26,371 nt of DNA, from IMG/VR virus record IMGVR_UViG_3300027806_000141, positions 1 through 26,371 of that record, one strand, 5' to 3'. The stretch is from a virus. Lineage: Duplodnaviria > Caudoviricetes. Shown here piece after piece: positions 8,860 to 17,485 of the stretch. The notes beneath the pieces were generated by a model. That model was given only the letters and a program-made list of their open reading frames with translations. It was not told the origin of the DNA and did no database searches. The translations under genes and the position numbers were made by a program. Position 1 is the first letter of the stretch. Each line of letters opens with the position of its first letter.

Positions 8860-9281
8860 TGCACTTGCAGCGCACCCACGACGCGGCGCTGGTCAATTGG
8901 GTGGTCAACCACCCCGATGTCCGTCCGTATGTCGGTGCGCCGGAAGCCGGTGAACTGGACTTGTCGGCGCTGGTCGAGCGCCCGGAGCACTGGTTTTTGA
9001 TGGGTGAACATGGCGGGTTTGCACTGCTGTGGACCGCGCCACGAACGTACGAGGTGCATACGTTCATCCTTCGGTCGGGCCGCGGCGAATGGGGTAACGC
9101 CGCCCGGTCGCAAGGAATTGACTTCGCCCGGCGCCACGGCGCCAAGATGCTTTGGACCCGCGTCCCGCCGCAGGCCCGCCACGTCGAGCGCTTCGCGCGG
9201 CAAGGGGGTATGCAGCCGACCGGAGAAGTGATAGAAACCTTCGGTGCCCCGCACCGTATCTTTATGATGGAGTTGGACTGA
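8859..9281 (+). CDS. GNAT-fold protein (P22 gp14/DUF2824-like position)
   Basis: YEVHTFILRSGRG motif and C-terminal FARQGGM pattern resemble acetyltransferase folds; lies just before the ejection genes. Confidence 0.65.
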   Translation: MHLQRTHDAALVNWVVNHPDVRPYVGAPEAGELDLSALVERPEHWFLMGEHGGFALLWTAPRTYEVHTFILRSGRGEWGNAARSQGIDFARRHGAKMLWTRVPPQARHVERFARQGGMQPTGEVIETFGAPHRIFMMELD

Positions 9282-10048
9282 TGCCAGTCGCCGGCGCAAT
9301 TATCGGGGGTGTCGCATCCATTGGTGGTGGTCTGGTCGCGTCGAGCGGCGCGAAGAAGGCCGCCAGCGCGCAGGAGCGCGCCGCGCAGGAAGCCCTCGCC
9401 GCACAGGAGCGCATGTTCCAGCGGCAGATCGAACTTCAGGAACCGTTCCGGCAGGCTGGCCTGACCGCCCAGCAGCAGATCATGCAGTTGCTCGGCATCG
9501 GTGGCGACCAGACGGCGGCTGGCTACGGCAGCCTCGCCAAGCCGTTCGGCACCGAGCAGTTCCAGCAAGACCCCGGCTACGCTTTCCGGCAGGCCGAAGG
9601 AATGAAAGCGCTGGAGCGGTCGGCGGCGGCACGCGGCGGTCTGCTGTCGGGCGCGACCATGAAGGGCATCCAGCGCTTCGGGCAGGACTTGGCCAGCCAA
9701 GAGTACCAGAACGCCTTCAACCGCTATCAGGTCGAACGCGCTGCACGTCTGAACCCGCTTCAGTCGTTGATGGGGTCGGGCCAGTCCGCGGCGAATACGC
9801 TGACCGGCGCGGCCGGGCAGGCGGGGCAGGCGCAGGCGCAGAACCTGATGAACGCTGGCGCGGCCCGCGCGTCGGGCTACGTCGGTAGCGCCAACGCGCT
9901 GTCTGGTGCTCTCAGCGGTATCGGTCAGGCGGCGATGAACTACCCGCTGTATCAGGCCCAGTTGAACTACTTCAACCGCGGCGCTCCGTCTGCGTCGCTG
10001 GTCCCTGACGTGACATCCGCCATGCGCGCCAATCCGAGTATCTTCTAA
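9281..10048 (+). CDS. DNA ejection protein, P22 gp7-like
   Basis: Start at ATG 9281 (TGATG overlap); Gly/Ala-rich N-terminus, DPGYAFR..EG.KALERSAAARGGLLSGATMK motif. Confidence 0.8.
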   Translation: MPVAGAIIGGVASIGGGLVASSGAKKAASAQERAAQEALAAQERMFQRQIELQEPFRQAGLTAQQQIMQLLGIGGDQTAAGYGSLAKPFGTEQFQQDPGYAFRQAEGMKALERSAAARGGLLSGATMKGIQRFGQDLASQEYQNAFNRYQVERAARLNPLQSLMGSGQSAANTLTGAAGQAGQAQAQNLMNAGAARASGYVGSANALSGALSGIGQAAMNYPLYQAQLNYFNRGAPSASLVPDVTSAMRANPSIF

Positions 10049-11814
10049 TGGCCAACCAGATGATCGCCCTTCAGGCCCGCGCCCCGCAGACCGACTTTCT
10101 CGGCACGGCCATCCAGCGCAACGCGCAGATGATGAACATGATGTCGCAGCAGCGCGCGGCGGAACGGCAGGCTGCGAAAGCCGCGCAGGAAATGCAACTC
10201 GCGCAGGCCAAGGAAAGCCGCGAGGCTTCGGCGGCCGAGATTGATCAGGCCGGAAAGCTGTTCGACTTTTACACTAAACGAGCCGGCCAGACTATGAATG
10301 CGCAGGGTTATGTGCTGCTGCTGCGCGATATGCAGCGTGACGCGCCCCAGTTTGCGGAATTTTTTGCCGCTAATCTGCCACCTGAAAATTTTAGCAGAAA
10401 CGAACTGCTTAAGATGGTCGGTAGCCTGAGCGACAACTTTAGGGCTACATACGGTCCGCTAGAAACCGAAGTAGTTATGGACGAAAACGGCAACTACGGT
10501 GTTGCTGTGACCGGCGGGTTCTCCGCCGAAAAAGGCGCGCAAGGCGTCTACCCGCTCACCACGCGGCAGCTTAAGCGTCGGCCCGCCGCGCCGGTTGCGG
10601 GCGCGCCCGCGCAGCCTTCGGGTGGTATTGTGCCAGCCGGCGGTTTTCGCCCCACGCGAGATGTCAATACAACGCCGGCGGACTTGCGCGCTCAGGCGAC
10701 ACCGCAAGCGGTTCCGGCTACGCCAGAGCAGCTTGACGCGGCTGCCCGCGCTGTCGCGCGCGGCGCTAATGTATCCGACCCCATGCTGCGCGACCTGAGC
10801 GAAAGCGATTTTCTGGAGGTCCAGAAGCGCGCCAGCCGGCTGATGCAGAATAGCCCTGAGTTCCAGACGATGTCGGCTGGCGGCGCGGCGCAGCCGGATT
10901 TGGCGGGTATTGTTCAGACCATGATGGACACCGGCGTCGTGTCGCAGTCCAACCTTGAAGCGATGCGCGCGGCCGCGGGGCCGGGCAAGGACGCCCAGTT
11001 GGCGGAAATCCTGCGCAGCAACAACATCCGCATCATGCCGGATGAACAGCCGGCTGCCGGTATGCGCAGCGCTGTCTACCGCCCCGGCGAAGGCGACGCC
11101 GGCATGACGCGAGTACAGGCGCTGGAAGAATACGAGGACACTGGTCGGCAGTTTAAGGGTAAGTCGCCGATGCAGTCGCCGCTGCCCGGTTCGGCGCAGG
11201 TGCCTTTGTCGCGCGTCGAAGCCGAAGCAAGAGTGCAACGCAAGACGCCCGGCGAACTTTACCAAGAGAAGCGTGCGGAAAAGCAGGCCGACACCGACGT
11301 GGAGTTTCTGGATAAGTACGGTTCGGCGCGCGACAGCGCGATGAACACGCTGTCCGTGATCGACCAGATGATCGGCGACCTGAACGTCAAGGACGGCAAG
11401 ATCGTGCGCGGGCGCCGCGCGCCGCACCCCGGCTTTGAAAGCGTTGTCGGGGCGGGCATCCCCGGTCTGCGCTTCATCCCCGGCACGCAGTCCGCTGACT
11501 TTGACGCGCTGGTCGATCAGATTGAAGGCGGCGCCTTCCTGAAGGCTTATGAAAGCCTGCGCGGCACTGGGCAGATCACCGAAATCGAAGGCCAGAAAGC
11601 CACGCAGGCGCTGACACGTATGCGCCGGTCGTCGTCGGAAGTTGGCTTCATCAAGGCTGCGCGCGAATTTGAAGGTATCATCCGCCGCGGCATGGAGCGC
11701 GCGGAACAGCGCAAGGCACGTCTGGAAGGCGGCAGCGCGTCGCGCCCGGCGCCTCGCAGCGAGACTAAGCGCGGCGCTAACATTGACGACCTGCTCAAGA
11801 AGTACGGGGGCTAA
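10048..11814 (+). CDS. Putative DNA ejection protein (gp20-like position)
   Basis: 588 aa, Ala/Gln-rich helical; C-terminal AFLKAYESLRGTGQITEIEGQKA motif; synteny. Confidence 0.65.
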   Translation: MANQMIALQARAPQTDFLGTAIQRNAQMMNMMSQQRAAERQAAKAAQEMQLAQAKESREASAAEIDQAGKLFDFYTKRAGQTMNAQGYVLLLRDMQRDAPQFAEFFAANLPPENFSRNELLKMVGSLSDNFRATYGPLETEVVMDENGNYGVAVTGGFSAEKGAQGVYPLTTRQLKRRPAAPVAGAPAQPSGGIVPAGGFRPTRDVNTTPADLRAQATPQAVPATPEQLDAAARAVARGANVSDPMLRDLSESDFLEVQKRASRLMQNSPEFQTMSAGGAAQPDLAGIVQTMMDTGVVSQSNLEAMRAAAGPGKDAQLAEILRSNNIRIMPDEQPAAGMRSAVYRPGEGDAGMTRVQALEEYEDTGRQFKGKSPMQSPLPGSAQVPLSRVEAEARVQRKTPGELYQEKRAEKQADTDVEFLDKYGSARDSAMNTLSVIDQMIGDLNVKDGKIVRGRRAPHPGFESVVGAGIPGLRFIPGTQSADFDALVDQIEGGAFLKAYESLRGTGQITEIEGQKATQALTRMRRSSSEVGFIKAAREFEGIIRRGMERAEQRKARLEGGSASRPAPRSETKRGANIDDLLKKYGG

Positions 11815-11816
11815 TC

Positions 11817-14135
11817 GTGCCGACACTCAAGCAGCTAGAAACCGCGCTGATCAACGCCGACAAGGCCGGCGACGTAGACGCGGCGCGGGCGCTGGCCGCT
11901 GAGATCAAGCGTGTGCGGGCGCAGGGCGCCCCTAAGCCGACGAAGGAAACCGGCAAGCCGTCTGGGGCACTGGGCGCATTCGGCGCGGGTATCGGCGAGG
12001 CTATCCCCCGCGTCATCGGCGGCATCATCGAGTTTTTTGACCCGCAGGGTCGCAAGCTGCTGACGCCGCAGCAGCAGGCTGCGTATCAGCGTCAGTTCGC
12101 CGGCGCTCGTGAAGTAGCGCCTAACGCATTTACCGCCGGGCAAATCACTGGCGAGATCGCTGCGACAGCCCCTGTAGTTGGCGCGGCTGGCGGTGCTATA
12201 GCACGGGGCGGTCAGGTTTTGACACGCGTTGCGCCGCGCGCAAAACCTGTAGGCCGAGTGCTTCAGCAGACCGGCCGCGCCATTCAATCTGGCGGTATTG
12301 GTGTTCGCGCGCCGACGCGCGCTGCGGTTGCTGGCGGTGCCCCTGTCGCCGCTACTCGCAGCGGGCGTGTAGCGCTGCGCGCGGCCGGCGGTGCTGGTGC
12401 CGGCGTAACCGCCGCAGCGCTGACCGATCAGGATATCGTTGATGCCGCTGTCACGGGCGCCGCGCTTCCGCTAGTCGGCACGATTGCCAAACGCGGTATG
12501 GGCTGGACGTATGACCTGTTGGCACGGCGGCTCGGCGAAACGCGGGCGGCGGAGATCATGCGCAATCTGATCGCCGACAATGCGGCGGCGGTTTCGGATG
12601 CGTTGCGCAAGGCGCCCAAAAACACCAAGGCAAACACGGCCGAGTTCCTCGCGGAAAAGGGCCTGCTCACGCCGGAACTGGCGGCGGCCACTCGCATCGT
12701 CGGCGCCAGCAAGGCCAGCAAGCCGCTGGAGCGCGTCGCGCAAGCGCGCGCTGCGGCGCAGGAAGAAACCAAGGCGTTTATCCGCGGTGGCGAAACGCAG
12801 ACCGCCGCGATGGGCAACATCGCCGCGGCTAAAAAGGGTGTCCGCACCGCCACTGCGCCGATGCGCGAAGAAAACCTGTCGCTTGCCGACTTGGGCCGCA
12901 CTGCGATTGTTCCGGCCGAACGTCAGGCTACGCGTCTGCGTGACGCCGCAGCGGATGAAGTTAACCGCGCTCGGCGTTTTCTGACCGCAGCCGACGAGCA
13001 AGGTGCGGTGCTGGGGCAGATGGACGACCTCGGCGACGTGTTTGATCCCGCGGCGATCAATCGCCAGCGCGGCCTTATAGGCGGTCTAGAGCAGCGCGGC
13101 GGTCAGGCCGCGGCGCGGTCGTTGGCGCTCGGTACGGAAGCGCGCGCGGCCGAAGAAGTCGCAGCCAATCTGAGGGCGCAGGGCCTCAAGCCGCTGGACA
13201 TCTCCACGGTTGTCGGTCGTCTGCGCGCTTCGGCTGCCGATGCAGAATTTGTGAACCCGGCCCGTTTCCGCGTGTTGACGGAGTTCGCCAACAATCTGGA
13301 GCGCCGCGCCGCGCGCTTCGGCGGCGTCATTGACGCTACCGGCTTGTACGAACTTCGCAAGAACATGGGCAACGTGGTGGCTGACATTCTCGGCCCGACG
13401 GAGCCGAGCGCACTTCAGTCGTACACTGCGCAGATCATTGGCGAGACGCAGCCGCTGATCGACGACGCTATCATGGCCGCCGGCGGGCGCGGCTGGAAAT
13501 CGTACCTCGACACGTTTGCGCAGGGAATGCGCAACGTCGAGCGTAGCCAGTTTGAACGACAGCTTACGAGGCTTCCCGAAGCGCAGTACGCAAAGGTCAT
13601 GAGCGGCCAAGACCCGGACTACGTCGCCAAGTTCTTCGGTCCCGGCCGGTTCGACATCAACGTCGAAATGATGGGGCCGAAACTGCCCGCCGCGCAAAAA
13701 CTGGCTGGCGAGATCGGTGCTACGCGCGCTGTGGCGCAGACAGGTCTTGAAAACCTGACGCCGTCGCAGCGGATGTCGCTGCCCACTGGCGCGCGGTCGC
13801 GGGTCATGGAAGCGATGGAGCCGGGCATGGCTAACGTGCTGGTCCGCGCGGCGTCCCGCGTGGCGGGCGGCGTGCCGGGCGTTTATGGCGGCGGCATCGC
13901 CGCGCAGCAGGTGGAGCAGGAGTTCGCCAACAAGCTGGCCGAGAACGTCATGCGCCGGCTGGCGCCCGCGCTGGCACAGCCCAGCACTGCGGCTAATCTG
14001 CTCACCGTCCAGCCCACTGCCGAAACACTCAGCCGCGCGTCGGACGCACTTTCGCCAATGGCCCGCAACGTGCTGGCGCAGTACATGCGCCAGATGCTGA
14101 CCCGTCCAGCCGACTATTACACGCCGACTGAATAG
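11817..14135 (+). CDS. Putative DNA ejection protein (gp16-like position)
   Basis: 772 aa Ala/Gly/Arg-rich helical protein with ALINADKAGDVDAARALA start; last gene of the virion module. Confidence 0.65.
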   Translation: MPTLKQLETALINADKAGDVDAARALAAEIKRVRAQGAPKPTKETGKPSGALGAFGAGIGEAIPRVIGGIIEFFDPQGRKLLTPQQQAAYQRQFAGAREVAPNAFTAGQITGEIAATAPVVGAAGGAIARGGQVLTRVAPRAKPVGRVLQQTGRAIQSGGIGVRAPTRAAVAGGAPVAATRSGRVALRAAGGAGAGVTAAALTDQDIVDAAVTGAALPLVGTIAKRGMGWTYDLLARRLGETRAAEIMRNLIADNAAAVSDALRKAPKNTKANTAEFLAEKGLLTPELAAATRIVGASKASKPLERVAQARAAAQEETKAFIRGGETQTAAMGNIAAAKKGVRTATAPMREENLSLADLGRTAIVPAERQATRLRDAAADEVNRARRFLTAADEQGAVLGQMDDLGDVFDPAAINRQRGLIGGLEQRGGQAAARSLALGTEARAAEEVAANLRAQGLKPLDISTVVGRLRASAADAEFVNPARFRVLTEFANNLERRAARFGGVIDATGLYELRKNMGNVVADILGPTEPSALQSYTAQIIGETQPLIDDAIMAAGGRGWKSYLDTFAQGMRNVERSQFERQLTRLPEAQYAKVMSGQDPDYVAKFFGPGRFDINVEMMGPKLPAAQKLAGEIGATRAVAQTGLENLTPSQRMSLPTGARSRVMEAMEPGMANVLVRAASRVAGGVPGVYGGGIAAQQVEQEFANKLAENVMRRLAPALAQPSTAANLLTVQPTAETLSRASDALSPMARNVLAQYMRQMLTRPADYYTPTE

Positions 14136-14235
14136 CGGAACTGCTAAAATGACTGTATTTCCTGCCACTATGGACAGAATTGGCGACCACTGGTACGAAG
14201 CCGACAGCGTAACGATTTCGCGCGAGGGTGTTATT

Positions 14236-14409
14236 GTGACTTCGATTGATCAGACTGAAGCCCGTTTGAACACCCACGAGCAAATCTGCACGCTGCGCTA
14301 CGAGAGTATCTGCGCTCGGCTGAAGCGGCTGGAGGGTATCGGTCTGACCGTGGCGGGCACCATCATCATGCTGCTGGTCGGCATTCTGGTGAAGGCGGCT
14401 GAACTGTGA
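14236..14409 (+). CDS. Small membrane protein (coiled coil plus C-terminal TM), holin/antiholin-like
   Basis: GTG 14236 preceded by GAGG; HEQICTLRYESICARLKRLE followed by hydrophobic IGLTVAGTIIMLLVGILV; overlaps the endolysin start. ATG 14149 is an alternative start. Confidence 0.55.
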   Translation: MTSIDQTEARLNTHEQICTLRYESICARLKRLEGIGLTVAGTIIMLLVGILVKAAEL

Positions 14410-14837
14410 GCATCGTCCTTGGCGCCCGTTCGCTGTCCCGACTGGAAGGGGTTCACCCGGACCTTGTGCGCGTGGTCAAGAAGGCCGCGGCGATGTCGGA
14501 CCTCGACTTCACCGTACTGGAAGGGCTGCGGACGCTGGCCCGCCAGAAGCAGCTTATGGCGCAGGGCGCGACGAAGACCATGAATTCGCGCCACCTGACC
14601 GGACACGCTGTCGATTTAGGTGCTATGGTGGGTGGCGCTGTGCGCTGGGATTGGGGCCTGTACCTGAAGCTGGCAGAGTTTGTTCGGTCCGCGTCCATTC
14701 ATGAAAACGTCCCTATTCGCTGGGGTGGAACATGGAAGCTGCTGACCGACATTAAAGGCCCGATCACAGCCAAGGTGCTTAGTCGGTCATTCCCTGACGG
14801 TCCTCATTTTGAACTCCCAAGGAGCGCGTATCCGTAG
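14406..14837 (+). CDS. Endolysin, peptidase M15 family (L-Ala-D-Glu peptidase type)
   Basis: LEGVHPDL, EGLRT..RQ, SRHLTGHAVD and DGPHFEL zinc-ligand motifs. Confidence 0.92.
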   Translation: MSIVLGARSLSRLEGVHPDLVRVVKKAAAMSDLDFTVLEGLRTLARQKQLMAQGATKTMNSRHLTGHAVDLGAMVGGAVRWDWGLYLKLAEFVRSASIHENVPIRWGGTWKLLTDIKGPITAKVLSRSFPDGPHFELPRSAYP

Positions 14838-14869
14838 GCGGCACGCGCAAACACGAAAGGAGAATTGAT

Positions 14870-15046
14870 ATGTCACTCGTACACTGGCTTCTTGGTCGTC
14901 TGAAAGAGCCAAGCACTTACGCCGGCTTCTCCGCTCTGGCACTGGCGTTTGGCCTGTCGGACGCGCAGTGGGCGGCCATCTCCACGGCGGTCGCAGGTCT
15001 GGCAGGTGTCGCCGCTGTGTTCATGTCGGAGACGCCGAAGGCGTGA
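14870..15046 (+). CDS. Putative holin (58 aa), not in the ORF track
   Basis: AAAGGAG RBS; MSLVHWLLGRLKEPSTYAGFSALALAFGLSDAQWAAISTAVAGLAGVAAVFMSETPKA with two hydrophobic segments. Confidence 0.75.
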   Translation: MSLVHWLLGRLKEPSTYAGFSALALAFGLSDAQWAAISTAVAGLAGVAAVFMSETPKA

Positions 15047-15264
15047 TCAAACTTCTGTCGTCCCTGCTGTCGTTGTTTGACCGCCTATGGGCGGCGTGGA
15101 ACGAACACAAGCTACGGCAGCAGGGCCGGCATGAAGCCGTCAAGGAGATGGCTGATGAAGTCCAACGACAAGTGGAACTGGCGCAAGAAGTCGCTGCTAC
15201 TCCTGACCCTGACCGCGACCGCAGGCTGCGTGCACGGTTCGACGACGCCGCCGCTGGTAACTAA
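15043..15264 (+). CDS. Putative inner-membrane spanin (Rz-like)
   Basis: GTG overlapping the holin stop; short hydrophobic/amphipathic N-terminus then helical charged region; overlaps a lipoprotein gene in another frame. Confidence 0.6.
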   Translation: MIKLLSSLLSLFDRLWAAWNEHKLRQQGRHEAVKEMADEVQRQVELAQEVAATPDPDRDRRLRARFDDAAAGN

Positions 15265-15409
15265 CTCGTACTGCAAGATCGCGCAGCCGATCCGCTACAA
15301 CTCCAAGCTGGACAGCCCAGCCACCGTCGCGCGGATTGAGCAGCACAACTCTACTTGGGCGTGTCTGTGTGACGACGACTGCCCAGCCAGCGCTCCAAAT
15401 ACCAAATAG
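15155..15409 (+). CDS. Putative outer-membrane spanin lipoprotein (Rz1-like)
   Basis: AAGGAG RBS 7 nt before ATG 15155; basic N-region, LLLLTLTA hydrophobic stretch and TAGC lipobox; additional cysteines. Confidence 0.7.
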   Translation: MKSNDKWNWRKKSLLLLTLTATAGCVHGSTTPPLVTNSYCKIAQPIRYNSKLDSPATVARIEQHNSTWACLCDDDCPASAPNTK

Positions 15410-15635
15410 CCTTGCCGATCTCCTGATCCGTGGCGTCCTTGTGTCCCGCCCGGCTCAGGTACTTCAGCGCATTCCCGCGGCAGTAACCAGCGAACTCTTC
15501 CGGTGACAGCTTGGCCTGAATGTATTCGATGGCCTCAATCCCGCCGACCTTGTAGTGCGGCGGCGAGTTGACCATGTCGGCCTTCATGTCCAGCGCCCGC
15601 TTCCACGAGCCGGGGTCGGATTGATCGTCGATCAC
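15351..15635 (-). CDS. DUF3310 family protein
   Basis: DMVNSPPHY..GGIEAIEYI...YCRGNALKYLSRAGHK...KAIWYL signature; GTG start overlaps the upstream stop. Confidence 0.88.
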   Translation of the reverse strand: MIDDQSDPGSWKRALDMKADMVNSPPHYKVGGIEAIEYIQAKLSPEEFAGYCRGNALKYLSRAGHKDATDQEIGKAIWYLERWLGSRRHTDTPK

Positions 15636-15823
15636 TTCTTCAGCCTTTCTGCCAGTTCGCGCCGTTCGCGCATGGTGCGCAGCTTGCATACGCGCTGATG
15701 CAGACGGCGGGCGATGGCGGCGCGCTTATGCGTCGTCACCTCGTCGTGCAGCATGTGCTGCAACTCTTCCTCGCTGTACTTCGACAGATTGACAGCCAGC
15801 GTCTGCCATAAAACCTTAGCCAT
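15632..15823 (-). CDS. Hypothetical protein (63 aa)
   Basis: Basic helical ORF overlapping both neighbours in a coupled operon. Confidence 0.65.
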   Translation of the reverse strand: MAKVLWQTLAVNLSKYSEEELQHMLHDEVTTHKRAAIARRLHQRVCKLRTMRERRELAERLKK

Positions 15824-17132
15824 TTTTCAATTCCTCAATCGCGGTGTCGGACACGGCACGCTTGTCGTGCAGCGCCGCCCAGATGCGCTCGTCAATGGTT
15901 TTTTCCGCCAACATGACGTAGACCCAAACGTCGTGCCGCTGCCCACTGCGGTGCAGCCGCCCGACGGTTTGTTCGTATAACTCCAGCGACCACGGCAGCG
16001 ACAGGAACACCATGTGGCAGCCGCCGTGCTGGAGGTTCAGGCCGTGCCCGGCCGACTTCGGATGGACCAGCAGCAGTTCGACCTCGCCGCGGTTCCAGCG
16101 TTCGATGACGTTATCGTCGTCGATGGTCTGCGCGTGCGGGAAGCGCCGCTTCAGTTCGGCCAGTTCTTCCTGATAGTTGTAGACCACGATGGTGTTCGCC
16201 CGTTGGTTTTCGTCCAGCAGTTCTTCCAGCCGGTCGAACTTGTGGTCGCTGAACCAGATCGACGGTGCGCCGCCGTCGCGGTTGTAGACGAAGCCCGACG
16301 CCATCTGTTGCAGCTTGGTCGTCACCGACGCGGCGTTCTGCGCGATGACACGCTCGGCGCCGAAGCGGGCGACGTACTCCTTCTTCATCTTGTCGTACGG
16401 TTCGCGGTCGTACAGGGCGCTGCGCAGTTCGGTTACATGTAACCCCGGCAGCTTGTCCTTGTACTCGCCCGGCTCCAGCACGTAGGTCGCCGGGCGGATG
16501 CGGGCCATGACCTGCTCCAGCGCGCCGGGCGCCGGTATCCACTGGCCGAAGTCGCGGTTGATGCAGATGAAGTACTGCTGCATGAAGGCGCCCTTGGCAC
16601 GGCCCAGCAGCGCCTGATCGACGATCTTGCACTGGCCGAACACGTCCTCAAGGCCGTTCGACGTGAACGATCCGGTCAGGCCCCAGCGCACCTTGACGCC
16701 CGCCAGCAGCTTATCCAGCGCCTTGAAGCGCTTGCCGCTGGGGTTCTTCAGCCGAGTCAGTTCGTCGAACACAATGCCGTCGAAGCCGTCCAGCGTGTCC
16801 AGCTTGTCGAGGTTGTCGTAGTTGATGATGACCGCATCGACGCGGCTGACAAGCGCCGCTTGACGCTGCGCCGGCGCACCGACGGCCAGCGCCAGCCGCA
16901 GCCGCGGCGCCCACTTCGGGGCCTCGACCGGCCAGACATCCGTGCAGACACGCTTGGGCGCGACGACCAGCCAGCGCTTGACGTGGCCGTCGTCGATCAT
17001 CGCCTGCATCGCAGTCAGCGTGATCGCGGTCTTTCCTGCACCAACCGGCGCGAGGATCATCGCCCGGTCGCGCTCGTACAGGAAGTCGGCCGCGTCATTT
17101 TGGTAGTCTCTCAGTTGAAGCGGCTGGCCCAT
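15816..17132 (-). CDS. SNF2-like superfamily 2 helicase
   Basis: LRDYQ Q-motif, GAGKT Walker A, FDELT Walker B, GLTGS, SAGHGLNLQ and QTVGRLHRSGQ motifs; start placed at ATG 17132. Confidence 0.92.
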   Translation of the reverse strand: MGQPLQLRDYQNDAADFLYERDRAMILAPVGAGKTAITLTAMQAMIDDGHVKRWLVVAPKRVCTDVWPVEAPKWAPRLRLALAVGAPAQRQAALVSRVDAVIINYDNLDKLDTLDGFDGIVFDELTRLKNPSGKRFKALDKLLAGVKVRWGLTGSFTSNGLEDVFGQCKIVDQALLGRAKGAFMQQYFICINRDFGQWIPAPGALEQVMARIRPATYVLEPGEYKDKLPGLHVTELRSALYDREPYDKMKKEYVARFGAERVIAQNAASVTTKLQQMASGFVYNRDGGAPSIWFSDHKFDRLEELLDENQRANTIVVYNYQEELAELKRRFPHAQTIDDDNVIERWNRGEVELLLVHPKSAGHGLNLQHGGCHMVFLSLPWSLELYEQTVGRLHRSGQRHDVWVYVMLAEKTIDERIWAALHDKRAVSDTAIEELKNG

Positions 17133-17386
17133 GCGTCCACGTCGTCCTTCGACCAGAGGCAGGCGTAGTGCTGCTTGGTGTGCTGCATCTCTTCGGCGAA
17201 TATCTGCTGCAACGCAGACAGACGCCCGCCGGGCTTCTTCAGTTCCACGAACCACGCCTCGCCGTTCGGCATACAAGCGATGCGGTCGGCAACGCCTGCC
17301 TGCGTGACGCTGCGGAACTTGTACGCGTAGCCGCCCAGCGCCTTCACGCGCTTGACGAAATACGCCTCTATTTTCTTCTCAGTCAT
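17111..17386 (-). CDS. VRR-NUC domain nuclease (Holliday junction resolvase-like)
   Basis: MTEKKIE...GVADRI...FVELKKPGGRLSALQ PD-(D/E)XK pattern; 91 aa. Confidence 0.9.
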   Translation of the reverse strand: MTEKKIEAYFVKRVKALGGYAYKFRSVTQAGVADRIACMPNGEAWFVELKKPGGRLSALQQIFAEEMQHTKQHYACLWSKDDVDAWASRFN

Positions 17387-17393
17387 GACCTGT

Positions 17394-17453
17394 GGACTAC
17401 TGCAAAATTTTTTACGCTGCAACCCTTGCGTCAAAATTTGTTGCGTGTATGGT
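17394..17453. promoter_or_regulatory. Back-to-back divergent promoters
   Basis: AT-rich intergenic region. Rightward TTGCGT(17426-17431)-N16-TATGGT(17448-17453); leftward TTGCAG(17422-17417)-N17-TAGTCC(17399-17394); CAAAATTT present twice. Confidence 0.55.
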
Positions 17454-17485
17454 GAGGGCCTCAGACAGTAAAGTGAGGTACAGTA

